Below the pieces are notes generated by a model that was given only the letters and a program-made list of their open reading frames with translations, was not told the origin of the DNA and searched no databases. The position numbers were made by a program, and so were the translations under genes. A stretch of 64,000 bases of DNA from Scyliorhinus canicula (Eukaryota): assembly GCF_902713615.1 (NCBI RefSeq), contig NW_024055476.1, positions 124,001 to 188,000 of the forward strand, read 5' to 3'. Of this stretch, positions 50,101 through 63,878 are shown in pieces (positions within the stretch are counted from its first letter, which is position 1; each line of letters starts with the position of its first letter).

Positions 50101-52908
50101 TTCAGAGAGTCGTGAATACCGCCCAGTCCATCACACGAACCTGCCTCCCATCCATGGACTCCATCTACACCTCCCGCTGCCGGGGGAAAGCGGGCAGCAT
50201 AATCAAGGATCCCTCCCACCCGGCTTACTCACTTTTCCAACATCTTCCATCGGGCAGGAGATACAGAAGTCTGAGAACACGCACGAACAGACTCAAAAAC
50301 ATCTTCTTCCCCACTGTCACCAGACTCCTAAATGACCCTCTTATTGACTGACCCCATTAACACTACACCCTGTATGCTTCAACCGATGCCAATGCTTATG
50401 TAGTTACATTGTATATCTTGTGTTGCCCTATTATGTATTCTCATGTATTTTCTAGAATTTTGTTTAATTCCCTTTTCTTCCATGTACTGAATGATCTGCT
50501 GAGCTGCTTGCAGAAAAATACTTTTCACTGTATCTCGGTACACGTGACAATAAACAAATCCAGTCCAATCCAAACTCTCAGCTAAAATCACCATGAATCA
50601 GCTCTCTCGCAAAAGGAAAGAGCAGCCATGGCCCTCGGGAACTTTTGTTACCTTTGATCGGAGGGAATTGAGCATCAAGAGAGGCACCCTGGAGTGAGTG
50701 CAGGGGGATGGTGTCAGAGGGAATGGAGCCGGGAGAGAAGATCCCTGGGGTGATATTCAGTGAGTTCAGGGGATGGTATCAAAGTGAATGGAGCAGGGAG
50801 AGAGGATCCCTGGTGTGATGATCAGCGAGTTCAGCGGGATGGTATCAGAGGGAATGGAACAGGGAGAGAGGATCCCTGGTGTGATGATCAGTGAGTTCAG
50901 GGGGATGGTGTAAGAGGGAATGGAGCGGGGCCAGAGGATCCCTGGAGTGATGTTCAGTGAGTTCAGGGGGATGATAGCAGAGTGAATGGAGCAGGGCGAG
51001 AGGATCCCTGGTGTGATGATCAGTGAGTTCAGGAGGATGGTATCAGAGGGAATGGAGCAGGGAGAGAGGATCCCTGGTGTGATGATCAGTGAGTTCAGGG
51101 GGATGGTATCAGAAGGAATGGAGCCGGGAGAGAGGATCCCTGGGGTGACGTTCAGTGAGTTCAGGGCAATGGTATCAGAGGGAATGGAGCAGGGAGAGAG
51201 GATACCTGGGGTGATGTTCAGTGAGTTCAGGGCAATGGTATCAGAGGGAATGATCAGGGAGAGAGGATCCCTGGGTGATGTTCAGTGAGTTCAGGATGAT
51301 GGTATCACAGTGAATGGAGCAAGGAGAGAGGATATCTCGGGTCATGCTCAGTGAGTTCAGGGGGATGATAGCAGAGTGAGTGGAGCCGGGAGAGAGGATC
51401 CCTGGGGTGTTCAGTGAGTTCAGCGGGATGATATCAGAGGGACTGAAGCCGGGAAAGAGGATCCCTGGGGTGATGTCCAGTGAGTTCAGCGGGATGATAG
51501 CAGAGTGAATAGAGCAGGGCGAGAGGCAGGAGAATGGGGATGAGAAAACATCAGCCATGATTGAATGGCGGAGCAGACTTGCTGGGCCGAGTGGCTGAAT
51601 TCTGCTCCTATGTCTTGTTGTCTTATGGTGTTATACCTGGGGTGATGTTCAGTGTGTTCAGCGGGATAGTATCAGGCAGAATGGCGCAGGGAGATGCCTG
51701 GCTGATACTCAATGAGTTCAGGGCGATGGTATCAGAGGGAATGGAGGTTATTATCGATCAATGCATCCTCGAAAATGGAGACAGTGTCAGTTTTAAATGG
51801 GCCAAAATGTAAAGTTTGAAGCAGTCAGTGATTTTGTTTGAACCAGAAAGTGCAGTTTGCGCATGTGCCAGGACAGGGCGATAAAGTGTCTATTTGTATG
51901 TTTCAAAGGGAATTTCGAGTTGATTCTCTCTATTGGATCGGCCATATTCTCTGGCCGTTTCTGCTCTCTAGTGTATCTTATAGGCCCCAAACTCAAGTAA
52001 TATTTGGAAATTCGTACTCGATTTTATGTTGTGTGCGATATACTTTCTAGCCTTTACGGCTCTCCCAAGAGTTTACACCCTCTGTTCTGTCTGCCTTATA
52101 TACATAGCCTGCCTTGGGATTATTTATTCGGCCAACATGGAGAATGTTAACCCGTGCTGCAGCGACCCTGGAAGTGTTTAATGAGACAGTGTGAAGGAAA
52201 CGTTTCTTCTCCATTCATTGGCTTGATTCGGTGTCTGAAGAAGCAGAGCCCCCTCTCTTCAGAATTACCTGACATGTGACTGTGACTGACCAGAGTACGA
52301 CTGAAATCACCTCGATTCTCCTCGCTCTGCAATGATTCTGTCTCCGGGGTACACGCAGGTGATGCAGTGATTCTTTCACAACAGGGGAAATATTTGTCTG
52401 GGAAAGCGAAACACTGCAATAAGGGGAATGGGCCATCGTCAGGGGACTTTGGAGAATAGGAGTTCAGAAAAATCACATTTGGTTCATTTTTCATTCAGGA
52501 TTTATTGAAAAATTTGGAGAAAGTTTAACAGAAATGTTAATTTTCAAGTTAACAAAGAGCAAGATTACGATTGAGCGTGACATTGAGAAGAGAACACATC
52601 AGCTCTGAGCTGCCAAATGAATGTACAACAGACACCAGAAAGAGGGAACAGGAGCTCAAAATATAGGGAAGGCAATAATTAAGAATAAGGAATTAAAAAC
52701 GTTACTTATTTTCAAATGGAAATCAAACTACAGGACAATTATAATCGAAAATTGCAATACGTCCATATTATTTCGTATTTTTCAAACAGAAAAATATTAT
52801 AAAGTCACCAGAGGGCATTTCATGATTTCGTAACAGAGATCTTGACAAACAGCTGAATAAAATGTACGACATCCATATCAATAAGTACGACATCCAAAAT
52901 TCAACCAA

Positions 52909-52917
52909 TCACTTGAT
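52909..52917 (-). CDS. IGHM: IgM heavy chain TM2 exon (copy 2)
   Basis: Identical to 10299-10307 (offset 42610). Confidence 0.85.
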   Translation of the reverse strand: MK

Positions 52918-53047
52918 CTGTAAAAACAGAAAAAACAATGAAGCAGATGTTTGTGATCTGGGACATTAATATTTTATCAATGAAAAGTTCAGTGAGTTGT
53001 CAAACTGCTTCGATCAGCTAAAGTGTGAGTGGATCGAATGCTCTCAC

Positions 53048-53166
53048 CTTCACTAGGGTGACTGCAGCGCTGTAGGACATGCTCAGGAAGAACAGGGTGA
53101 TGAATGTGGAAGCGGTTGTCAAGATGTTGCCATTATCACCCTCATAGTCTTCAGTCCGGATGCTGT
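53048..53166 (-). CDS. IGHM: IgM heavy chain TM1 exon (copy 2)
   Basis: Identical to 10438-10556; intact AG/GT. Confidence 0.92.
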
Positions 53167-56100
53167 CTATAGAATCGAAGGGGATATAGCCGAAAATAGT
53201 TAAATTGCACTTTCATTCAGGGTATCTTTCAGAATTATATATAAATACCTTTATCTTTCTGAAGTAATTTTAGTAATTTACTTTTCATTGTACATTGTTA
53301 AATTCGCGATACTCAGAAACCGATCTCTGCATCAATCTCCACACAGCCGTTCGTCCTTTACGTTGCTCAAACAGTCCGTGTCACAAAACACAGCCGCTTT
53401 TGTTCAATTTCAGTTTGTTTTAGAACAATTTGGTATAATTGGAGATTATTATGATTGATACTGAGGGACGTTCATTCAGCTTCTTATTTCGACACTGTGA
53501 ATGTTGCCGCTAAGAACCCGGACGTCAGTTCCCATCTTATTTGTTTATTTGCGATGGAAACATTTGTCATGTCGTTTACTGCAGCCAGTTTCTCAGTCAG
53601 CACATTGTTTCAGTGCGTCGTGGGATCATTATGGAATGGGGATATGTTTTGATTGGTATGCCCATTCAAACAGTTACATTAGAAATAAACTGTCATCTTG
53701 TTGTTTCTTTTTGTGCTTAAGTAACTCGTGATTTGCCTTTATCTGTTTGTCTCTCGCAATGTGTGTTTGAACATTAATGTGAGTGTTGATGTGCAATGTG
53801 TTTTCATCTGTGATTGCCTGTATATTTTGTGATTCTATCAATGTGTATGTACGAATGAGTTATTTTTGTCTTAAAACCTTTGTTTATTTACGAATAGTTG
53901 TGTTAATGCGTGCTTATGTGTTCATGCCTGCTAATATATGTAGCAATATGTTTATTTGTGCGCCATCTATCTATCAATGTGTGTATGCACATGCGTGTGC
54001 ATGTGTGTCTCTGTGAGTGCATTCATGTGTATATTAACGTGTTGATAGATTTATATGCCTATGTTTTTAAATGTGTTTATGTCCCCTTGTATGCTACTAT
54101 GCATTTTAGTGTTCTTGAACATAGAACATAGAGTCCCTCCAATGCAGAAAGAGGCCATTTGGTCCTTTGAGTCTGTACTGACCCTCAGAAAGGGCACTCT
54201 ACACTCTGTGTTTGTGCGTCCATATAGGCCATTAATGTGCGTGTTCATGTGTTTATACATTTGTGTTAATGTGTATGACAGTGGACGTCATTGTGTCTGC
54301 ACGAATGTATCAGACAATGTGTGCTAATGTATATTTTCATGGTTACATCTGTGTTTCGGTCCTTTTATGATTCTGCTTCTCTTGCAAATAATATATTTGC
54401 TTTTGCGTCTGTTCGTACGCATGTGTGAATCTGCACGATGGTTATTACTGTGTGAGCAATCGTGTGTTTGTCTGTGTGCGTGTGTGTATTTTATGCGGGT
54501 CTGCGTGTGCTCGCATACGACAAACGCACTGTGTTAGCATATGAGGCAGCATGGTAGCACAGTGGTTCTCAGCACCAGGGTCCCAGGTTTGATTCCCGGC
54601 TTGGGTCACTGTCTGTGCGGAGTCTGCACGTGCTCCCCATGTCTGCGCAAGTTTCCTCCGGGTGCTCCGGTTTCCTCCCACATGTCTCGAAAGACGTGCT
54701 GTTAGGTGAATTGGACATTCTGAATTCTCTCTGTCTACCCGAACAGGCGCCGGAATGTGGCAACTAGGGGATTTTTACAGTAACTTCATTGCAGTGTTAT
54801 TGTAAGCCTACTTGTGACAAGAAAGATTATTTTTTTAAAACAGTAAATGGGGCATTACACGTTTGAAAAATTGTGTTGTTTGAAGGTATATTTACACCCT
54901 GGTTTGTCTGATGCAAGGTTACAACCTGTGACCAGTAAGTAAGAAACGACTTGCATTGTTGAAAGCTGAGTCCTTACATTAAAGACTCACTCCCTTCCGA
55001 ATTCTCCGCTCGGGGAATGGGAGGGGAGAAATATTGAAACATTGAAAACAGGTGCATGAGGCAGCCACTCAGCCCTTCGATCCTGCACCACCATTCAATA
55101 TGATCATGGCTGATGATGCAAATTCAGTATCCCACACCCGCTTTCTCGCCATTATCCTTGCATGTTAGCACAGTGGTTAGCACTGTTGCTTGCAGGTTCG
55201 ATTCCCGCCTTGGGCCACTGTCTGTGAGAAGTCTGCACGTTTTCCCCGTGTGTGCATGGGTTTCCTCCGGGGGCCCCAGTTTGCTCCCGCAAGTCCCGAA
55301 AGACATGCTTGTTAGTTAATTTGGACATTCTGAATTCTCCCTCTGTGTACCCAAACAGGCGCCGGAATGTAGCGACTAGGGGCTTTTCACATCAACTTCA
55401 CTGCAGTGTTAATGTAAGCCTACTTGTGACAATAAATATCATTATTATCCCTTTAGTCGCAAGGGCCACGTCCAGCTCCCTCTTGAATATATCCAAGGAA
55501 CTGGCCCCAACAGCTTTCTGTGGTAGAGAATTCCACAAGTTCAGAACTTTCTGAGAGAAGCTGGATTCTCTGTCGGACGGATGCTCCGTTTTGCTGGCAG
55601 CTTGGGGGGTTTCCCGACGGCGTAGGACAGCACCACAATGGAAAACCCCATTGACCAGCCGGCGTAACAAAGCATCCGGCCGGCGGGATGAAACAGAAAT
55701 GTGGCACGGCAGGGTGGATAATCCACCGTTCTTCCTCACCTCAACCCTGAATGGCGTCCTGCTTATTCTTAGGCTGCGACCCCTATTTCTGGACGTCCCC
55801 AACATTGGGAACTTTCTTCACGCATCTAGCCAGTCCAGTCCCATCAGGATATTATATGTTTCTTTGACATTCCCTCTCATTCTTCTAACCTCCAGCGAGT
55901 ACAAACCCAGTTGATCATGTCTTTCTTCATATGTCAGTCCTCCCACCCCGGTGATTACTCAGGTGAACCTTCGCTGGACACCGTCAGTAGCAAGAATTTC
56001 CTACCTCAAACTGGACCAAAACTGCACACAATGTTCAAGGTGTGGTTTCACCAAGTCCTGTATAACTGCAGCAATACATTCCAACTCCCATACACAAATC

Positions 56101-56504
56101 CTCTCGCTATGAAGGCTAGCTTGCCATTAACTTTCCTCACCTGCTGTACCCGCGCAACAATCTTAGGCGACCATTCCACCATGACACCCAGGTCTCGTTG
56201 CAATTCTACTTTTCCTAAACTGCCACAATTCAGATAATAATTTGTCTTTCTGTTTTTTCCATCAAAGCGGATAACCTTACATTCAACCACATTATATTGC
56301 ATTTGCCAAGTGGTTTCTCACTCAGCCAGCCTGTCCAAGTAACCCTGAAGCCTCTTTGTATCCTACTCACAGCACACACTGCCAGCAAACTTAGTATCCT
56401 TTGCAAATCTTGAAGTATTGCCTGCAATTCCTTCGTCAAAACAATTAATGAATATTGGGCAGCGTGGTAGCACAAGTGGATCGCACCGTGGTCCCAGGTT
56501 CGAT

Positions 56505-57745
56505 GGTGCTATGTCTTTTCGTCCGACGTCATTTCGTCCAACGACACTTCGTCCACGTCTTTTGGTCCAACGTCTTTTTGTCCGCCCGTCTTTTGGTCCA
56601 ACGTCTTTTTGTCCGATGATTTTTTTCGTCAAAGACTTTTTGTGACTTGTTATGTTTTTTTGTCGGCTGATTTTTTTTGTGGAAGACTTTTTGTAACTTG
56701 ACTTTTTGTAACTTGCTTAGTATCACTCCACTCCACTTTAACTTTTGTAAATATAAATCTTCTCTAATGCACATAGCAAGGTATAATATACAATAAAGGA
56801 TCTTTATTACCGGTCTCTTTCCTTTAACGAGCCTCGTTAAAGGATAGTTATTATCGTTCTCTTCCCTTTAACGAGCCTCGTTAAAGGATAGATATTATCG
56901 GTCTCTTTCCTAATCCCGAATTCGCCCATCCCGAAATGGCAAAGTTCATTGTGTCAACGAAGAGTAAACGGAAGGTGGCTGATGGAAAGATGGCTTATGA
57001 AGATTTGATAGACGATGAAGAAATACCTGCTGAATTCATTGTTTACTTCGACTTGACTTACATAGGCATTGTGAGAGGACGTGGTGCCAGACGAAGGAGA
57101 GAAACACCTACATTCCCGACAGCTGTATGGAATGTTAATCAGCGTGTTCTACAAGATCTACTGAGAACAAATAATGCTGCTGAGGGGTTTCATTCTGCGA
57201 TGAAGCGTTCGGCGGGTGGAGCTCATTTGAATATCTGGAGGTTAATCAAAACTCTGAAGGAAGAGGAAGGGCAAAAAGGCTCAAATTCTTCGGGGAGATC
57301 AGTCAACTTCATGTACGCGATATAAGAAAATAACTGAACGCCTCAAAAGATTGGTCGTTGAATATGATCCTCCAGCGAAAATTGATTTCTTGAGGAATGT
57401 TGCTTACAATTTACATCAATTTTAAGTAATTTCGGGAATTCATCCTTAGTAAACTTTTAGATCTTTTTAACTGCATGTTTAGATTTTTTAACTTTTTAAC
57501 TGCATTTTTCAGCTTGCATTTTACTTGCATTTTATCAATTACTTGCATTTTAGCAATTAAATTCACTTGCTGTATTGTACTTGCATTCTATCAATTAAAT
57601 GGTTTTATACGGAGTTAATTTGTAATTGGATAATTGGACGAAGTGACGTTGGACCAAAAGACGGGCGGACAAAAAGACGTTGGACCAAAAGACGTGGACG
57701 AAGTGTCGTTGGACGAAGTGACGTCGGACGAAAAGACGCGACATG
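56505..57745 (+). mobile_element. Mutator-like element, copy 2
   Basis: TSD AGGTTCGAT at 56496-56504 and 57746-57754; ORF remnant 56936-57325. Confidence 0.8.
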
Positions 57746-60353
57746 AGGTTCGATACCCCGCTGGGTCACTGTCTGTGCAGAGTCTGCTGGTTTTCCCCAT
57801 GTCTGCTTAGGTTTCCTCCGGGTACTCCGGTTTCCTCCCACAGTCCAAAGGCGGATTGACCATTCTATGTTGCCCTTAGTCAATAAAAACGTTAGGAGGG
57901 ATTATTAGGCTACGGGACAGGGTAGACGTGAGGGTTTAAGTGGGTCGGTGCAGACTCGATGGCCAAAATAGTCTCCTTCTGCACTGTATGTTCTATGTAT
58001 TGTGAACAGCTGGGGGTCCCAGCACTGAAACCTGCGGTAAATAACCTGTGAGTTCATTGTTTCTTTCTCCCTGCTGGGTTCAGCAGTTTCCTTTTCGATT
58101 CGCGGCTTTGAGGAGATGGCCATACAATCAGCTGCCAAATGCACTTTCTCCTCTCTTTCTTGGTGACGTTCAGCAAAATAGTTTCAGGCTTTGCTCTTCA
58201 GTTTTCACTGTTGGAGAAGTGGTGTACGATGGATTAACTAATACCCCTCCCCTCCCTCTGTTGGGGAAGTGGGGTACAGTGGATTAATTTATGCCCTCCC
58301 ACGCTCTTTTTTGGGGAATGGGGATACAGTGGATTAACTAATGCCCCTCCACTCTCTGTATTGGTGAAGTGTGCGTATGGTAGATTAACAAATGCCCTTC
58401 CCTATCTCGTTGTTGGGGAGTGGCGGTCGAGTAGATTAACAAATTTCCCTCCGGTTCTCTTAGTTGGGGAAGTATAGTGGATTAACTATTGCCCCTCCGC
58501 CTCTCTTTGTTGTGGTGTGCGGGTACTATAGATTAAGTAATGCCTATCCCCCTTTCTTTGTAGGGGATATGGCGGATCACTGGCTTCTCTAATGCCCCTC
58601 CCCCTCTCTATACTGGGGGAGTGCGGGTCCAGTAGATTAGCAAACGCCCTCCCCCTCAATTTGTTGGGGAATTAACTACATTAAATACAGTGAATGAACT
58701 AGTGCCCCTCCTCGAGCTCTGTTGAGGAAGTTGTGGCACAGTGGTTTAAGCATTTACCCTCCAATTTCTTTGTTGTGGAAGCGGAGATACAGTGCAAAGC
58801 TAATGGCCTTCACCGATATATTTTGTGGAAATGGAATTACAGTGGGTTAACTAAAGTCCCTCATCCTCCCTTTGTTGGGGTACAGTGGGGGTAAGTGGAT
58901 TCACTAATATCCCTCGCTTCTCTATGTTGGGAAAGTGGGGTTACAGTGGATTAACTAATGCTAATCCCCAGCTCATTGCTGGTGACGTGGGGTAAAGCAC
59001 AACTAAAAATGCCCCTCCCACGCACTTCTGGGGAAGTGGGCTACATTTGGTTAAATAATCCCCTTCCCCAATCTTTTTTGGGGAAGGGGGCACAATGGAT
59101 TGTCTAGTTATCCTGCCCGTCTCTTTGTCGGGGTAATGGCGGGTCAATGGGTTAACTAATGGCCCTCCCCAGCTCTTTGTTGGGGAAGCGCGGGTACAGT
59201 GGATTAGCTAATGTTCCTCCTCCCTGTATTTGTTGGGTGAATGGGGGGGACCGTCGATTAACTAATGCCCAACATCTTTCTTGGGGAAATGTGGTTACAA
59301 TGCATAAAGTAATACCCCTCCCCATCTCTTTGTTGGGGAAGCGCGGGTACAGTGGATGGAAGTGAGGTTAGTGCATTAACTATTGCCCCTCCCCTTCTAT
59401 TTGTGAGGCAAGCGGGTTACTACGGATTAGGTAATGTCCCTCCCCCTCTCTTTGTTGGAAAAGTGGGGAGCAGTGCATTAACAATTCCCCTTTCCCCTCT
59501 CTTTGACGGTGGATTGCTGGTCCATGTTTCTGTTTGATCCTCAATTCAATTCCAGTGGGTGTGATGCAACAATTTGAAACTGCCATCAATTATAAAGAGA
59601 TAGACAATGAGAGTAGGAGGAATACGGAAATCTAAATGTGATGTGTTTATCTGAAATGGGATTTTTTAAAAAAATAAGCTTAGAACACCCAACTTTTTTC
59701 CCAATTAAGGGGCAATTTAGCTTGGCAAATCCATCTATCTTGTAAACGTTGGAGTTGTGGGGGCGAAACCCACGCAGACACGGAGAGAATGTGAAAACTC
59801 CACATGGACAGAGTCGGGATTTCAAACCTGGTCTTCATCATTGCAGGCAGCAGTGCTAACCACTGCACCACTACGCCACCGTGCCACTCGCGCCTAAAAT
59901 GGGAACTTGTCCGATTTCCCATCAATAAATATACTTTGCGCAATCCTGTTATGAATTAGTTTGACTCTGTCTGTCCACCAGGTGATTTCTATTTTTTTCA
60001 TGTACCCACTTGTTTATGTTCCAATCTACCGGCTCGTATATCTTTGGGCTGTGGGGGTGAGACCCACACAGATACGGGGAGAATGAGCAACTCGACATAA
60101 TAGTAACCCGAGGTGGGATAGAACAGGCTCCTCGGGACCGTGAGGCAGCAGTTCTAAACATTACGCCACTGTGTCATTCCCTGCACTGAACATGGGTCCG
60201 AGATCTGTACAAATCTGAGTCTAATTGAAGATGTCTGACACCAGGAAAGCGGATGCACTATTAATAAAACGCTGTGTCGTTCAATCACATTTGGAGGGGG
60301 ATCAAAAAATCTTTATTCTTTCTATTGTAGTTCGAAATATAACCAATAGTTTC

Positions 60354-60416
60354 TCATTTACATTAATTAACGGTGTCAATTAGAGCCAAGGGAAACGCTT
60401 AAAAAACTCAGTTTAC
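60354..60416 (-). pseudogene. IGHM: Disrupted IgM secretory tailpiece (copy 2)
   Basis: Reads [13 protein letters not shown] (stop 60376-60378). Removing one G restores ..[11 protein letters not shown], i.e. a shark IgM tail ([20 protein letters not shown]-like) with an additional TAA before the Cys. Confidence 0.85.
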
Positions 60417-60746
60417 CGCTGGATTTATTAACCGTTCTGCTGATGATCTTCAAGGGGATGGCTTCATGTCCCACCACACAGGAGTAAGAAGCGCCGCTGG
60501 CCCACTCCTCCGCTGCAATGGATAACAGGCTGTACATGAAGAAGGAGCTATTGCCGTTCTCCGCCATCACCTCGGTGTTCTTGTAGTTCCCGGGATTCAC
60601 CGGCATGTCATTGACGGTCCACTTGACGAAGATCTCTCGGGGGGAGAAACCTCTCACTAAGCAGCTGAGGGAGACGAATCTCTGAGCGGAGACGTCTTCA
60701 GCCGGGGGCAGGAGGACAGAGACGGACGGTTCCCGCGGGTTGGGAT
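60417..60746 (-). CDS. IGHM: IgM heavy chain Cmu4 exon (copy 2), intact
   Basis: 330 nt, phase 1-1: (D)[109 protein letters not shown]|GTAAAC; C1-set Cys-Trp-Cys; matches remembered shark Cmu4. Confidence 0.93.
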
Positions 60747-62764
60747 CTGCAGAAAATGTACAATAAATGTTAATAAAATGGGGAATTCCGGAGACAATGG
60801 AACCGCGGGTCAGATGTGGGAGAAATGTGTTTTGTGTTGGATTTTAAAGGTTTCCATTTCCCACTTTGGGATCTGTCCGGTTTCCCAGCTCGGAGCAGAG
60901 GTGGACACAATCCTTTTCCCTGAGAATTTACGGACTGGAACAGAAAGTTTCAGAAAGTGTATGGCATGGAAACAGGCCATTCGGACCCACTGTCCTGTGC
61001 TGGTGTATCAGCACACACCGGAACCCCCGCCCGCCCCTACGCCACCCACCCCCCCCCCCCCCCACCCCCTCACCCCCCCCCCCCCCCCCCCCGCCATCGC
61101 CGCCACCACATTACTCCCAGAGGATTGTAAAACTGCCAATGGAACACCCTGATTGATTCCAAAAGGGAGTCAAGAGCATGTAACTGTAGGCCACTGACAT
61201 TAACATCTGTCAGTGGCAATCCCTTAGTGTCCATTATAACGATGTAATAGCACAGCATTTAGAAATACACAATATCATCAAATGGAGTCAGCACGGTTTC
61301 CTGACACAAAATTGGCAGAGTTGCTGATAGTGCCGAGGATGGTTTAGCACAGAGGGCTAGACAACTGGTTTATAATGCCCATCAATGCCACCGGAACGTG
61401 TTCAATTTATTACCGGCCTCTCTGAACAGCCGCCGGAATGTGGCGACTAAGGGCTTTTCACAGTAACTTCAGTGAAGCCTACTGGCTATTATTATTATGA
61501 AGGGGAAATCATTCTCAACAAATTGATTGCAATTAATTGAGGTGATAACAAGCAGCCTAGAGAAAGCGGAGCCAGTAGATATAATATACATTAATTTCGA
61601 AACAGCGTTTGATAAGTTAATGTACTATTGCCACGTTTGCAGGGGGTAGGTTTTCAGGACTGGAGGTAATCGATGAAGTATACGGATTGCCTAAGAGAAA
61701 TGGGTTCAGATACCTGCAGGTAAGGTGGTGGTGGTGGCGGTGGGGCGGGGGGGGGGGGGGGGGGCAGGGGCGGGGGGGGGAGGGTTCCGGTGGGAGGAGC
61801 GAGGTGTGGTCCTTCCCAGAGCTGCCACCTCCGGTGTTGCACGATAAGCTGCTGACTGAGGATAATATTGGAGAGGGGAGTGTCCAACATGTATGAAGAG
61901 CTGATAGACATAGAGGCCGTTCTGGAGGAGACGATCAAGCGCAAATGGTAGGAGGGGTTGGTGAGGGGGTGCGGTCCGGGGCATGGAAGGTACCTTCAGG
62001 AGGGTGAACGCATCCTCGTCGTGTGCATGTTGAGCCTCATCCAATTTAAGGTGGTGCACAACCCCCACATGAGGGTCACGAGGATGAGCCGTTTTTTTGC
62101 TGCGGTGGACGAAGAATGAGTGGCCCACCTTGGCATGTGTCTCCCTGATAGCCCGGGGACGGATTTTGCTCAGCTGGCGATTCTGACCGCTGCCATAGAT
62201 GGGGATGTGGTTGAGCAAGCTGGCAGATTTCCTGCATTTGGAGAAGATAAAGTTCGCCTTACGTGAAGCGGAACAGGGGTTCACCCGGTGTGGAAGGCAT
62301 TTATTATTTCTTCATGGTGAATTAAAGTTTCAGCCGGAGGAGAGTTAGGGGTTGTTCTCGTTGTGCGGGGGTGGGGGTGGGAGCAAAAATTGGAGGGGCG
62401 GGTAGATTGGTGGGATGGGTGTTAGGGAATATGGTAGATCTGGGGTGTTTATTGTACCTGGGGGGAGTTTTTCCATCTTTTAATTTCTTACAATTAAGGG
62501 CCAGTATAGCGTGGTCAACCCACCTACCCTGCAACCTTGGGGTTGTGGGGGTGAAACTCACGCAGACGCAGGGAGAATGCGCAAAATCCACACGGACAGT
62601 GACCCGGGTCCAGGATCAAATCCAGATCCTCTACACCATGAGAAAGCCGTGCTAACCACTGCGCCACCATGTCACCCTTGGAGTTGTTTCTATCATAATG
62701 TTATTGTGATGTTTTCTATGATTTTTATATTTGTATGCAAAACGCCCTTTACTGAAAATATTTT

Positions 62765-63650
62765 TTTAAATAAGGAAAGCAAGTGGCGAGAATGACACAG
62801 GTAATCTACACAGGGATAGTCAGATTAAGTGATTGGGGGGAAACTTACCAAAAGGAACATGATGTAGGAAAATGTGAGATTATACCTCCTTCGATAGGAG
62901 GAATAAAGGAGCTGAATGTTATTTAGATGGAGAAAGGCAGCAGAAAACTGTACCGAAGAAGGATTTGTCATCCTCCTGCAGCCATCGCAAAAAGCTAGCA
63001 TGCAAGTTGTTGGGTAACAGGGAAGGCGCATTGAATGTTGAGCTTTATTTTGAAGGGAATGCTATATAAAAATAGCGAAGTGTTGATAAAACTACACAGT
63101 GCACCAGCAAAATCACACCTGATGTTCTTTGAACACTTTGGGAAGGATGACATATTGGTTTTCGAAGCAGTCCAGAGAATGTTCATGATGTTGATCCCGG
63201 GTATGGATTTTCTTATGAAGAGTGGCTGAGTAGATTGGGCCTATACTCACTGGATATTAGAAAAATGAAGGCGACCTAATTGCGACATAAATCATTCTCA
63301 GACGGTTTGACAGGGTAAATGCCGAAAGGTTCCTATCCCTTGTGGAAGATTCTTGGACCTGAGGATTTAATCTTAAATGAAGGCATCGCCATTTAAGGCA
63401 GACATGAGGAGGAATTTTTTTTCTCGGTTGGCAGCGTATCTGTGGAATTCTGTGGTGAGAAAGGTGTAGGAATTGCATCGTTCAGTGTGTTCAAGGCTGA
63501 GATAGATGGATTTTGAATCAGTAAGGAAATAAAGGGATATGGGGTTAAGGCAGGAAAGTGGAATTGAGGATTGCCTGAGATCAGTCACGGACTCGCTGAA
63601 TGCCAGCCAGTCTCAATGGACCCAATGGCCTTGATCTGCTCTTACATCTT
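62765..63650 (+). mobile_element. Degenerate CR1 3' fragment in the Cmu3-Cmu4 intron
   Basis: CR1-like words 'gaagcagtccagagaatgttc', 'ctgtggaattct', 'ttcaaggctgagatagat'; only the first ~300 nt are present in copy 1 (20150-20457). Confidence 0.65.
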
Positions 63651-63878
63651 CTAGTCGATGGCCTTGCTCCATCTAAACCCAATATCACCGCCTTCAATTC
63701 ACTGTTCAGTCGTCTGCATATTATTTTCCACCTTATCGTCTGCCACTCCAGATTGTTTAGTTAGTGGAATTATCAATCAAAGTAGATCAGAAATACACTG
63801 AATGCGAAATATTGACCGTTGCACTGACACTAGAAATAGACACAATGGCTCACTTATTGCTTTAATCTCAACGCTCAC

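Larger units (their letters stand above)
47156..63071 (+). repeat. ~15.9-kb block, copy 2; begins with the last 18 codons and 3' UTR of the GPCR
   Basis: Matches 4548-20457; no N at the left junction; sequence continues rightwards into CR1 DNA and Cmu3. Confidence 0.97.
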
